From contig NC_045696.1 in assembly GCF_009834535.1 (NCBI RefSeq), positions 77,378,001 to 77,442,000 of the forward strand: a DNA stretch of 64,000 nt, written 5' to 3'. Below the pieces are notes generated by a model that saw only the letters and a list, made by a program, of their open reading frames with translations, did no database searches and was not told the DNA's origin. Shown in pieces: positions 1 to 13,005 of this stretch (positions are counted from its first letter, which is position 1; each line of letters begins with the position of its first letter). Source of the DNA: Camelus ferus. Taxonomy: Eukaryota. The position numbers and the translations under genes are program-made.

Positions 1-39
1 TACATTGAGCACATAGTATATGGCAAGACTGTAACTTAA

Positions 40-190
40 ACTTACTTATATCATCTCCAGTCCTTAGCAAAGCCTTTCAGGGTAGGTATTATTATTCCCA
101 TTTTGTTAATGTGTAAATGGCTCCTTGCTTTTAATCACACAGCTAATAATAAGTTTTGGAATTAGGATTCCTTCCTAGGTATGTTTAATT
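40..190 (-). mobile_element. MIR SINE fragment
   Basis: ggtaggtattattattcccatttt...cacacagctaataa...ggaattaggattc matches the reverse complement of the MIR core; boundaries approximate. Confidence 0.6.
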
Positions 191-423
191 CTTAAGCTAT
201 GATCAATCATAAAGTTATCCTACTAATTTGTTGCCTATCAAATTACTACATTGGAAAGTGTGTGAGTTTCTTGGTGAGTGTGTTTGACCTTAATATCATG
301 AATAACTCCAACACTATTTAACATCTCCCCAAAATGAACTTTTTTACTCTTTATTTTCTCTGAAATACCATTTGTTGTAGGAAATATTTTTCTTTTTCCA
401 TTTGATTTTACTTTTATTTTAAC

Positions 424-1270
424 TTTTTATTGAAATATAAATTATATGCAGAAAAGTATGTAAATTAATAAGCTCAATAACTTTCCACAATGTGAACACA
501 CTAATGTAACCAGACGCTAGACTAAGAAATAGAACTTTACCAGCACACATACAATATGTTCTCTTTTGTGCTTGGCTTCTTTCTCTCAGTGCTATGTTTG
601 TAAAATCTGTCTATATTTTATGTGGAGCAATAGCTTTGTTCATGCTCATGACTGTGTAATATTTTATTGTTGGGATAAAATCAAATATATTTAATTTTGA
701 ATGAACTTTTGAGTTGCTAGAAATTTGGGGCTATCATGAGCAATACTACTATGTTCATTCTTGAGCATTATTTTTCACATATGTGAATGGATTTCTTTTA
801 GTTATATAAGTGTAATAGCTGAGTAATTTACTATTAGTAGAGAGACAATCATTCCTCTAAAGTATTGTACCAGTTTATATTCCAACTATCATTGTGTGTG
901 TTCTAGTTATTCACCAATAGGTGGAATTGTCTGTCTTCCTGGTGAATATGTATTATTTTGTGGTTTTATTTCTCTGATAGCTAATGAGCATCTTTTATAT
1001 GTTTATTGAACATTTGGATATTCTTTTTTATGAAATGCTTATGTGAATCTTCTGTGCTTTTTATTTTAATTGTGTTAGGTTTTTTTCTTGTTGACTTGAA
1101 GGAATCCTTTGTATGTTCAAGTACTCTGCAGTGTATTCACATTACATACGTCTTACCATATACCTTCCCTCCATCTTCTCCTACACTTTATTTTTCACAT
1201 ATTGATAGTATCTTTTGATAAGAGATGTCTTTAATTTTAATGTTATCTCATTAATTTGGGGGGCATTATT
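424..1270 (-). mobile_element. Old L1 (L1ME-like) 3' end
   Basis: ttttattgaaatataa...gtgaacacac...tggcttctttctctcag...tttggatattcttttttt is typical antisense L1M 3' UTR/ORF2 end. Confidence 0.75.
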
Positions 1271-2974
1271 TAACAAATGTTTCTCTCCCTTTTTATTGAT
1301 TTTTATTTCTTGCTATTTATTATAAATGGCATTATTTTTCTTCTAAAAAATCTAGAAGACAAAGCACCCCACATTTTAATTTTGTTAATATACACTGTTT
1401 TGAAAGGACCCTTGCAAAATATCTAACATTAATGATTTATCAATACAAAGCTTTATCTGTAAAATAAAAATGTATCATACCATAGAAGTATTGATACTAG
1501 TACTTAACATTTTAAGATCTTTAATTACTTAAAATGATTACTTCTCCAAAGATAAATATTACTGAAATTAATGAATGAAGAAAAATAAGAGTATTGGTAT
1601 ACTTTAAGGAAAGGATGTTTTTTTGTACTTGAGAACACAGCACTATTAAACTTCTCATCAGCAAAGCTGGTTACGTTTTCTTGATTTAACAGTTAATTAC
1701 ACTGGAGCTAATTATTAAGTCTCATAATAAGTGATGAAGGAAAAACTACAGTATATGCCCTCTGAAAATGCAAATAAGCAGTAAATGGTTTTTTTCTAAT
1801 TTACTTCTATTTAAAACTTTCATATGATAGTAAAGGACTGTCTGATCTCTGTCCATTATCTTTATTTACATAACTAAACTGTAAGTAGAAATGAAATCTC
1901 TCTTGATGTACTGATTAACTGTAGGAGCTGCTTAAAAAGAAAGGGTGATTATCATAAACTTCCCAGGGAACTGCTCCACTTGGATTTAAGCACAATAAAG
2001 AGTGATATCTCCATTTCCAGAGTGTTCAGTCATTTTCAAAATGAGAATTGGCTTTACATTTACATATGAAAAATTTGAAGTTGTCTCTAAAAAACACATT
2101 CAGAGATACTCGTGGCTACTGTGAGTTAAAGTCGGTATCTCATTATGCCTTTAAGCTTGAAACGCTGTATGATAGATTAAAAACAATTTGCTAAAGTAAC
2201 TGAGGTTGGGTACAATCTCTTTTTTAAAATGGCTGCATTATTTTGTATTCCACTTTTTGACTCACAGCCTGTGCTGTTTTCCTCTCAAAGAACCTGTTAT
2301 TCCAATATGGTTTCAGCCTAAATATAGTTGTCAGAATCGTTTCCTCCCAGGATGATATATGGTCAATATACAATTTATGTCATCAAGAGAATAATACAGT
2401 GTTCTTTAACATATGCTGAAAATTAACTTTCTAGTTTGAGTTTGCCATTTAACAACGAGCATGTTTTTGAGGTAGGTAAATTTGCTGTAGAATTTGAAAG
2501 GAGAGCCAAGTGTGAAAAGAAAAATACTTCTAATGTTTACGTTTGTTAAAAGGTTCCTTTACAGAAGACTCATGACAGGTGAAAAAAACTGAGGCTCATA
2601 TTTGTGATAATTTCTTTGACGTTATCTGGCTTGTGCTGTCCCTACTATTTTAACATTAGTGTCCCTGTCAATTCCAGGCATCAGAATTGGGAGGAAATGG
2701 GCTTGGGAGTCTGTAGACATGACTAACTCAGGAAACAGTCAAATTCCTGTTCACATGTGATTCCAGTGAGGAGGGCGACAGGGTGCTAGCAGGATGAGAA
2801 ACAAATGAGTTGATTGTTTCAGAGCAAAGTTTTAGGGTGCAAAAGACTGCCGAGAAGCAGGCATAAGGGGGCCAGAGGAGAACAAAGCCAAGAGATCAGT
2901 AAGAGGACCATAGAAACAAAGGGTGGAGTCTTTCCTAGGGCTGCATTAGGAGATGTAATCGAAGTGTCAAGAAA

Positions 2975-3180
2975 ATGGCTATGAATTACAGCTGTCTTGG
3001 GTTTAAATACCCATCTTGCCATTTTCTACATTTGGGATTTAAATACATTTTAACACATTGTGAGTACAGTAACACCTGTAGCTGCCTCAGGAGTCCGTTG
3101 CAAGGTTTAAGCATAATAGCTCACGATTGGTATATAACACAGTACCTTGCACATGATGAGTAGTTAATAACATTTACTCT
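2975..3180 (+). mobile_element. MIR SINE fragment
   Basis: ctgtcttgggtttaaatacccatcttgccatt (B-box region) ... acacagtaccttgcacat. Confidence 0.55.
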
Positions 3181-3534
3181 CGTTAATGTAAGTCAAAAAT
3201 TTCCACGCATTCCTGGCCTTTATTTCATTCCTTGTGGGGAGATTTCCCCCTACTTAAGGTTTCCCAGTGGTTCTGACAAACTCTACACCAAATGGTGGCA
3301 GCATTGAAGTTCCCATCATAAACATTTCTTTTCTCCTTCCTTCCTTTTCTCCCGCCTTTACCCGTCTACACTTCTCTTTCTTGTCTTACTCCCACTTTGC
3401 TCCCCATAACTTCTCTTATTTTTCTTTTTTTTTTTCCCTTCCCTTATTTTTCTTTAAATACTTATTGATTGGCTCTAGATACATGCAGAGAAGTATAATT
3501 CATAGCAAGGAGAAGTTATAGTTTAGTTGGCAGA

Positions 3535-4210
3535 AAGAATATGTAAAGACCATAAAATTCCTGGAAGAAAATATAGGGGAAGAGGTCCTTGATACTGCTC
3601 TCAGTAATGATTTTTTTTTTAATGTAACACCAAGGAACAAGCAACAACAGCAAAAATAAGCAAATGAGATAGCATCAAACCAAAAAGCCCTGAACAGCAA
3701 AGGAAATAATTAACAAAATGAAAAGACAACCTACAAAATGGCAGAAAATGTTTGAAAACTATGTATCTGATTAGGAGTTCAGATGCAAAAGATATAAGGA
3801 ACTCATACAGTTCAATAGCAAATTAATAAAAAATAATAATCTGATTTAAGAATGGGCAAAGGAAGTGCATAGATGTTTTTTTTCCAGTGAAGATATACAA
3901 GTGGCCAAAACATAATTAAAAGGTGGCCACTATCACTAATCATCAGGGAAATATAAATCAAAACCACAATAAAATATTACTGCACAACTGATAGACTGGC
4001 TATTATCAAAAAAGACAAGAAGATGAAACAATAAATACTGGTGAGCATGTGGAGAAAAGGGAACACTTGTGCACTGTTGGTGAGAATGGAAGTTGGTATA
4101 ATCACTATGGACAGTAGTTTGGAGGTTTCTAAAAAAGGTAAAAATAGAGCTACTATAATCCAGCAATATCAATTTTGGGTAAATATCCAAAGGAGATGAA
4201 ATAACTATCT
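3535..4210 (+). mobile_element. L1 (L1MA9-like) ORF2 C-terminal region, left arm of an interrupted element
   Basis: accataaaattcctggaagaaaatatagg, aaaatgaaaagacaacctacaaaatgg, ggagaaaagggaacacttgtgcactgttggtgagaatg: sense L1 ORF2 3' region; breaks off at aaataactatct. Confidence 0.9.
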
Positions 4211-7200
4211 TCTCAATAAATTAAAATCCATTTTGGTTTTTTTGTTTGTTTGTTTTGCTTTTATTTTGTTTGCCTTGGCAGACAGATCGAAAAATACATT
4301 GCTAGGATTTATTTCTAAGAGTTTCTGCCTATATTTTCTTCTAGGAGATTTATGGTTTCAGGTCTTGCATTTATGTGTTTAATCCATTTTGAGTTTGTTT
4401 TTGTATATGGTGTGAGGAAATTTTCTAACTTTATTGTTTTACATGTAGCTGCCCAGTTTTCTCATCACCACTTATTTTGTTGAAGAGACTATCTTTTCTC
4501 CATCATTTATTCTTGCTTCCTTAATTATAGATTGATTAACTATAGGTGCTTGGGTTTATTTCTGGGCTCTCTATTCTACTTCATTGATCTGGGTGTCTGT
4601 GTTTGTCCCAGTACAATGCTGTTTTGATTGCTGTAGCTTTCAGTATAGTCTGAGTGCGGGAGGGTGAGACCTCCAGTTTGCTCTTTTTTTTTTCCTGAAG
4701 ATTGCTTTGGCAATTTGGGGTCTTCTGTGGTTCCATATGAATTTTAGGATTACCTGCTTTAATTCTTTGAGAAATGTCATGAGTACTTTGATAGGGATTG
4801 CATTAAATCTGTAGATTGCTTTGAGCAGTATGGCCATTTTAAAAATATTAATTCTTCCAATCCATGAGCACAGGATACGCGTTCATTTCTTTGAATATCT
4901 TCAGTTTCCTTCTTTAATGTTTTATGCTTTCACATTAGAGGTCTTTCACCTTCTTGCTTAAGTTTATTCCTAGGTATTTTATTCTTTTTGTTCCAATTTT
5001 AAATGGAATTTTCTTCTTAGTGTATAGAAAAACAAATTATTTCTGAATATTACTTTTAAGTCCTGCAACTTTCCCTAATTCATTTATTAGTTCCAATAGA
5101 TTTGGGGTGGGCACTTCAGGGTTTTCTTTATAAAGTATCATGTTAGGTGCAAAGAGTGACAGTTTTACTTCTTCCTTTTCAATGTGCATGTCTTTTATTT
5201 CTTTTTCTTATCTGATTGCTGCGATTAGAACTTCCAACACTATGTTAAATAGAAGCAGGGAGAGTGGACATCCTTGTCTTGTTCCTGATTTTAGAGGAAA
5301 GGCTTTCAGCTTTTCACCATAGAATATGATGTTGGCTATAGGTTTGTCATAAATGGACTTTATCATGTTGAGATATAGTTCCTCTATGCCCACTTTGATG
5401 AGAGTTTTTATCATGAATTAGTGTTGAATTTGACAAATGCTTTTTCTGCCTCTGTTGAGATGATTATATGATTTTTATCCTTTTGTTGTTGTTAATGTGG
5501 TGTAGCACATTGATTGATTTATGAATATTGAAACTCCTTCCATCCTTGAAATAAATCCCACTTGATTGTGGTATATGATCCTTTTTATATATTGCTGAAT
5601 TCAGTTTGCTAATAATTTGTTGAAGATTTTTACATCTATATTTACCAAAGATATGGGCCTATAATTTTCTTTTTTCTTTTTGTAGTGTATTTGTCTGGTT
5701 TTGGTACAAAGATAAGCATAGCCTCATTGAATGAATTTGGGAGTATTCTGTCTTCAATTTTTTGCAGTAGTTTGAGAAGAATAGTTATTAGTTCCCCCTG
5801 GTATGTTTGTTATACTTCCCCTATGAAATCATCTGGTCCTGGACTTTTGTTTCCTGGAAGGTGGTTTTTTTTTTTTTTTTTAATTACAAATTCAATTTCA
5901 CTAATAGTAATGAGTCTGTTCACATTGTCTGTTTCTTCTTTATTCAGTCTTGACAGATTGTATGCTTCTAGAAATTTGTCTGTTTCTTCTAAGTTATCTA
6001 ATTTGTTGGCAAGTAACTGTTAGTAGCTGTCTCATGAATTTTCATATCTCTGTGGTGTTGCTTGTTATTTCCTCTGCTTTTATTTTCTATTTGTTTGTTT
6101 GATTCCTCTCTCTTTTATTCTTGATGAACCTGTCTAAATGTTTATCAGTTTTGTTTATTTTCAAAAAACCAGCTCTTGGTTTTGATTTTTCCTATTTTTA
6201 ATTTCTTTTATTTTCTAATTTTTATTATTTTCTTCCTTTAGCTAACTTTGGGATTTGTTTATCATTCTTTTTTCTAATTTCTATAGGTGATAGTTTAGGT
6301 TGTTTATTTGAGATTTTTCTGATTTCTTGGGGAAGGCCTGTATCCCTATAAGCTTCCCTGATAGAACTGATTTTGCTGCATCCCGTATTTTTGTAGTATT
6401 CTGTATTCATTTTCATTTGTCTTTAGGTATTATCTAATTTCCTCTTTGATTTCTTCATTGACCCATTAATTTTTTATTAGCATGTTTAGTCTCCAAGTGT
6501 TGGTTCTTTTCCCAGTTTTCTTCCTGCAGTTGATGTCTAGTTTCATATCACCGTGCTTAGAAAAATGCTTGATATATTATCTATTCACTTAAATTTGTTG
6601 AGACTTCTTTTGCAGCCTAGCATGTAATCTATCCTGGAGAATATTCCATGTGCACTTGAAAAGAATATATATTCTGCTGTCTTTGGATGGAATGTCTTGT
6701 AGATATCTATTAAGTCCAACTGGTCTATTATGTCATTTAAGACTGGTTGATTTCCTGTCAAAATGATTTGCCTTATTGATTTCCTGTCTAGATGGTTTGT
6801 CTATTGATGTAAGTGGGGTGTTAAAGTTCCCTACTATTATTGTGTTATTGTAGATTTCTTCTTTTATGTCTGTTAGTATTTGGTTTGTATATTTAGGTAC
6901 TCCTGTATTGGGTGCATATATGCTAATGAGTATAATGTCCTCCTCTTGAATTGATCCCTTTACCATTATATATGGCTTTCTTTGTCTTTTATTAAAGCCT
7001 TCATTTTAAAGTCTATTTTTTTTCTGATATGAGTGTTGCTATCCCTTATTCTTGTCTTTTACTTTTGTATGAAATATCTTTTTCTATTCCCTCACTTTCA
7101 ATCTTCATGTTGTTTAGCTTTGAAATTCATCTCTTGTAAGCAGTATATAGAAGGGTCATTTTTTTAGTCCAGTCACCCTATGACTTTTGATTATAGCATT

Positions 7201-7811
7201 AATTCTTTTGACGTTTAAAGTAATTATTGATAGGTATGGATTTATTGCCATTTTATTACTTGTTTTCCAGTTTTTCCAGTTCCTTTATGTTCATTTTTTC
7301 TTGTTTTTCTTCCTTCCCTTGTGGTTTGAACCTTTTTTTTTTTTTATTCAGTAGTGTGCTTATGTTTCTTTTTAGTTTTTGTGTTTCCATTTTAGGTTTT
7401 TGATTTGTGGTTACCATGGGGCTTATATATATTGATCTGTAACTGTATATACTTGCTTTAAACTGGAATTATTTAAATTCAAACACTTTCTAAAAGATCT
7501 ACGTGTTTTTATTCCCCTACCTACATTTTGTGCCTTTGATGTCTCACTGCTCATTCTCCAGAGCAGGTGTATACCCATGTAGTCTTCCTTTTCCTCTGAG
7601 TCCCCTCCCAGGGGCACAGGTCCTTCTACCCAATTTCCTTCCTACCCGATTATGTGTATATCTTTCTTATACCCTTGGTGGTTCAGTGGTGCTTCTGTCA
7701 GTTTCGTTAGTTTTCAGTCACAATTGTTCCACATGTAGGTGTGTTTTTGATGTGTTGTTGGCGGGAGGTGAGCTTCACGTCCTCCTACTCTGCCATCTTG
7801 ATCTGATCACC
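4211..7811 (-). mobile_element. Younger L1: 5' terminus plus degenerate ORF2, lacking ORF1 and the 3' end
   Basis: ORF track gives L1 ORF2 peptides MVKGSIQEEDIILISIYAPNTG (EN), [29 protein letters not shown] (RT), [13 protein letters not shown]2 ATG at ~7251; FADD motif degraded to FAPN at ~5140-5155; L1 5' start GATCAAGATGGCAGAGTAGG at ~7785-7803. Confidence 0.95.
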
Positions 7812-7856
7812 CAACCTGTGTCTTTGGATGGATAAATGGATAAAGAAAATGTGAGG

Positions 7857-7913
<57 letters not shown>

Positions 7914-8270
7914 GTATTACTGTATGATCTCACTTACATGTGAAATGTAAGAAAAGCTGACCTGTAGGAACAGAGAGTAGATTGGAGGTTGTTAGGGGCT
8001 GGGGGGTGGGGAAATGAATGATTGTAGTCAAAGGGTATAGACTTATAAGATGAATAAATTCTAGGGATCTAATGTACAGCCTGGTGACTATAGTTAACAG
8101 TACTGTTATTTTATGTGTATAAGTTGCTGAATGAGTAGACTTTAAATGTATTCATCTTCCCCAACCCCAAAAGGTAACTGTGTGAGGTGAAAATTTGTTA
8201 ACCTTATTTTGGTAATTATTTTATAATATTTATGATTTGATATCATATTACATCAGTTATACCTCATACC
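7812..8270 (+). mobile_element. L1 (L1MA9-like) ORF2 end and 3' UTR, right arm of the interrupted element
   Basis: caacct...gataaatggataaagaaaatgtg, tactgtatgatctcacttacatgtg, tagggatctaatgtacagcctggtgactatagttaac. Confidence 0.85.
7865..7900. repeat. (TG)18 microsatellite
   Basis: Direct count; imperfect TG/TA extension to ~7916. Confidence 0.98.
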
Positions 8271-9049
8271 TTATTTTTCTTTCTTGGTATTAAAGAGAGA
8301 AACAGGAAGACGGAGAAATAGAAGAAGAGAGCTTTCATTTTTCTGAAATTTCCATAATAACTTCTTCCCTACTTCCTAACATCCTGACCATCTAACTACA
8401 GTTTCCCCCCAAATCTCAGTTCCCTGGACCACAGAGATGCTGAGACCAAAGCAAGTTTCAATGCATTTGATAAATGTGACTTCTGGATTTTGTCCAGGCC
8501 ACTTTAAAAGCAGCTCCTATTTCTCTTAAGAATTCCTTTATGGTATGTGGAATGGCTCTGAGTCATTTATCAAGAGTTGGTTCTGTACAGCTGGAATTTC
8601 TTCTGTTATTTTTGCATTTGTCTCCGTTCTCCTTCATTAAGTAAAGTAAGGACTTTCAAGTGAAACATTTGGAAAAATCCCTGTGAGACAGTGGATTTTC
8701 CTACCTCTTTTGTTAAGTAATAGTAATTTTTACAGTCAGTGGAATGTATGTGCTCATTTCTTCCAAATGAGGCACAGTGCCTATGATACTAATTTCTTAA
8801 GTCATAATCATTTAGTGAAATGTTCTAACAGTATTTATTGATCTTTACTTAGTGACAGACACTTCAGAAATACTACTTTTTTCTCAATATGTAGGTGACA
8901 AATAAAAGCATATATGTTGGATGATTTTTTAATTGTATTTTTTTCCTTTAAAAAGTCTATAGACTTTATTCATTTTTTGAGCATGTTTGTACTGTTGGGA
9001 CCTCACATTCAATCATGAAAATAAGTGATTATAGAATACATAGTTTTTT

Positions 9050-9890
9050 TATTCCTTATCACGGAAGGAAAGCTTTCAACATTTTGCTGTTAAAGTACAG
9101 TGTTTCTGATAGTTTTATTTTGTTTTTATAGAAAATCATTATCAGATTAAGAAAGTTGTCTCCAATTCCTAGTTTTACAAGAGGTTGTTTCTTCCTTTTT
9201 GTTTTTTTTTTTGTTGTTGTTGTTGTTAAGTCGTATTTGGACATTATATCTCAACAAATGCTTTTCATACATCTACTGAGATGATCATATGATTTAATAT
9301 TTCATTTGGTAGTGTATAAAATGTCACTAATCAGTTTTCAAATGTGAATCCAGTCTTGTATACTTATAAAACTATTTGACCATGGTACATTTATTACATA
9401 TATTGCTGGATTTAACATGCTAATTTTCATTTAGGATTTTTGTAGGTATGTTTATGAGATATGCCTGTAATTTTCTTTCTTTCATAAGATCCTCAAGTTT
9501 TTCAAGTTCAAGTTTACATTAAGTCATAAGTTCGGAAATCATTCCTAATGTTCTCTGGTAGAATTGGTATAAACATGATGTCATTTTTCCTTAAATGTTT
9601 AGAGGAATTCATCTGTGAAATAATCTATGCCTGGAGTTTTCTTTGAGAGAAGCCTTTAGTCATGTCATCTTTGCTTTTTTACGTATGTAATCTGTAATGA
9701 ATTCTCTTTTTTCATTTCTAAAATATAAATATACTTCACTTGTTAGCTTAATCTTGCCAGTAGATTATTCAGAGGGCCATATTTTGGCTTCATATTCTCT
9801 ATACTTGTCCACTAACTTTTGCTATTATCTTTATCATTTCCTTTTTATTTGTCTTTATTCGTGCTTAATAAATATGCTGTTCTTTTTCCT
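9050..9890 (-). mobile_element. Old L1 ORF2 fragment
   Basis: ORF 9059..9244 contains KLGIGDNFLNLI...NSKMLKAF (L1 RT region); aaatgcttttcatacatctactgagatgatcatatg. Confidence 0.75.
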
Positions 9891-9999
9891 AATGTCTTGA
9901 CACAGTTGTTTCCTCGGGCAGGATCCAGTCAGAAAAATAGCAGTCACATTAAGTATTTAAAACAGATGGCATTTAACACAAAGAACTGTTTATATCCCA

Positions 10000-10380
10000 T
10001 CCTCAGCCTTAGAAAACCACTAATGCCTTCCAACTCTATAATTTAGATTTGACATTTTTAGAATTTCATATCAATAGACTTATATAATGCATTATCTTTT
10101 GTGCCTGGTCTTGTTCATTCAGTAAAGTGTTTTCAGATTCATCCGTATTTTACATGTTATCAGTAGTTCTTTCTTACTGGTAAGGAGTATTCCGTTGGAT
10201 ATACATACCACAATCTATGCATTCACCTGTTGATGGGCATTTGGGTTGTTTCCAGGTTTTGACTCCTAGGCATAAAGAGTCCATGAGGAGCTGTGTGTAG
10301 GTCTCTGTACAGGTATATATTTTTCTTTTCTCTCAGGTAAACAACTAGATGTGGATTTTCTGGGTCATATGGAAATGTTA
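10000..10380 (-). mobile_element. L1M 3' UTR fragment
   Basis: tagaatttcatatcaatagact...tcttttgtgcctgg...cattcacctgttgatgggcatttgggttgtttccag. Confidence 0.8.
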
Positions 10381-10923
10381 TTGAAGTTTTCAATGCAGTT
10401 CTTAAGAATGTTTACTTAGTTGTGACTGCTCTTATATTCTGTTAATACATTAGTGCTTAACCCTACTTTTCACTTTTAGGCACTTTTCAAAATTTTTACC
10501 TTAACTTCATAGATAGGTTTGTGGGTTGTGAGGAGGAGATGCTGTATCTAAAACCCAGGCCTAAATTCAAGGTAGTTAACATTTATTAAGTGCTAATATA
10601 GTAGAAGCAATATTGTATTTGTTTAATTTATATTATTTTATTTAAGTTTCAGTTTAATATCTTGAAAGAGTCTGCCTATTTTTATTTTTCAGATGAGGTA
10701 TAAACTGAGGCAGAATTATGTTAATTAACTTTTAATTGTATTATGATTTTTTTGGTTAAAAATCATGCCATCTGCTTTGATGATTGCCTGGTTTTAGGAA
10801 AAAATTATATAATCCAATATGATCCTTCATAGAGCTTATGGGAGAGGTGAGGTATAAACCAACTTTGTCATTTTCACTGAAATGTGATGTTTAGAGCAAG
10901 ATGTTTTAGTACCACCTCTGCAT

Positions 10924-11140
10924 TGCAAAATAGGGTATTTGCACACAAATGCAGACTCTCAAAACAAGTAACCTCAAGGTTAAAGGACATCTTGATTCCA
11001 AAGAAACAGCAGAAACTGTTATGGAAATACTGCTTGAGAAAAAAAACAAGACAAAACAGTTATACTTCACAGGGAGTGAACTGTTGACCCACATTCTCAT
11101 TGAGAACAGAAAGGGATCAATTGCCAACCACTAATTGTAT
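10924..11140 (+). mobile_element. Putative CR1/L3-like LINE endonuclease relic
   Basis: Translation YLHTNADSQNK (cf. CR1 CLYTNARSLxNK), then after a frameshift TAETV (cf. ITETW) and FTGSELL...RKGSIA (cf. IxGYxLF...GGGVA) in the expected order. Confidence 0.45.
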
Positions 11141-12429
11141 TTCTCTGGGTATTTTTCCAAGAAAGGATAAATGATCACTAAATGACTAAAGCTCAGAAGA
11201 GCAAAATACCTTTGGTATTGGCAACTCATAAATTCAAAATTGTTTAGAGTTAGAACTTATGTTAGAGCTCAGAAGTTTAGCTGTTTGTCTATACTTTATT
11301 ATATCTGTATCTTTAAAATATGTCACATGCCCCACTCTTGTTGTTGCTTAATGCCAAACATAGGAATGCAGGTTTTTCAAAATAATAGACTAGTATTCTT
11401 ACATACTAAGTCACTGAAGTGCAAGGAAATCCCTATGAAATGAATACAATGTTAGAACTTTATTTTCATATCAGATACTGTAATTAAGACTATAGATTGC
11501 AGGGGATTGTTGAGCTGAGCAAGGCCTGTTTCTTTAGTATCCTTTGTCATACTCCTTGGCCTTGGGTTCTGTGTTCCAGCCCTTTGAGCTATCCTGACCC
11601 TGTAACTAGAACAGGAGGTGAGATGATTCTGCTGTTTGTTTTCATAGCATGTGGATTTCCAATATCAGGACATTCAATAATTTTCACCACAGTTGTTTCT
11701 CCATTTTCTTCTCTAAACAAGCAGTCTCTAGTAGCCAAAGCTTAGTCTTAATTACTCTAATTCTGAGCCAAGGACAATGACTTTCGTTAGTAATTGTCTA
11801 ATAAATGTTTCCTTGATGAATGAATATACTAACAAATACCAGAATACTTACTAAAAAGCACTCCATCATTGTTCATTGAGGCTTTTTTTTTTTCCGTATA
11901 TCTATTTATTAAAAGCTGTTAACCTAGATTTGTCTTAAGGGACATTTTACTTTTATTGAAAATGCCTTTTTAAAAAACTACAAAATTCTTACATTATAAT
12001 TAATAGAATACACAGTAATTTATAATATAGATACATGAAGGGTATTCATGCTTTATTGTTTTAGGTAGCAATAAATTTGCCTTGGGTTGGAATCACTATA
12101 TTGTCTCATTAAAGTGTAAGGGATTTCAGGAAGAGAAGTGGTTACTCTTGTAAAGTATTAGTGTAAGATTTTCTTTGATATTAGAAAATTTTGGTGTTTG
12201 GATACAATATGAGTTTTCTTTTTATATGAGATAAAAAGATAATTGCTTCAAATTTATATGCTAAATAATGTTTAAAAATTAATTACCATCTTTGCTTCTG
12301 GCTTTTTATGTTTTAATGATCTAGGTTCCCCCACCCTTCCTACTCTTGTACTTTTGGCTTAAATTGGAGTGCTCCAAATTAGGAGGAAACCCTTTGAATA
12401 CCAAAATATATAAATATTTTATTGATCAT

Positions 12430-13005
12430 TTTGGTAGATGGCCTTCTAAAATGGCTCCCAATGATTTCCATCTCCTGTTCTCCATGCCCTTGAATAATTC
12501 TTTTAAGTGTGGCCTGGACCTAGTAACTTGCTTCTAACAAAATGAAGTATCACAAAAGTGATGTGTTATCTTTTTAAAGATTAGATTGTAAAAGACTGGC
12601 ATTTCTGTACTGATGCCTGCTTGTCTGTCTATCTGTCTCTCTGTCTGTCTCTGAACTTTCTCATTTGCTTGCTCTGATGAAGCAGCCTGATGAAACTTAG
12701 GTATTAAGGAACAAAGGAAGGCCTCTAGCCAATTGCCAGAGAGGAACTGAGACCCTCAACTTAATAGCCTGTGAGAAACTGAATCATCCAAAGAACCATG
12801 TCAGTGAGTTTAAGGGTGGCTCTTTCCCCAGTTGAATCTTCAACAAACACCTTGATTGCATCCATGTGAGATACCTTAAAGCAGAGAACTCATTTAAGAG
12901 ATGCCAGACTCTTCAATCGCAGAAATTACAAAATACTAAATGCATGTTCTTTTAATTAGCTGAGTTTTGTGGCGGTTTGTCACACAGCACTAAATAACTA
13001 ATATA
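12430..13005 (+). mobile_element. MaLR solo LTR (MLT1F-like)
   Basis: tggtagatggccttctaaaatggctcccaatgat ... gaggaactgagaccctc ... cagcactaaataactaatata; candidate 5-bp TSD atcat (12425-12429) / accat (13006-13010). Confidence 0.85.

Noticed and set aside
10884..11087. ORF MMFRARCFSTTSALQNRV... resembles the N-terminus of COX7A-family proteins
   Set aside because: Similarity ends after ~18 residues with no EKQKLFQ or LKGG motifs, poly(A) or TSD; other frames fit a CR1-like endonuclease better
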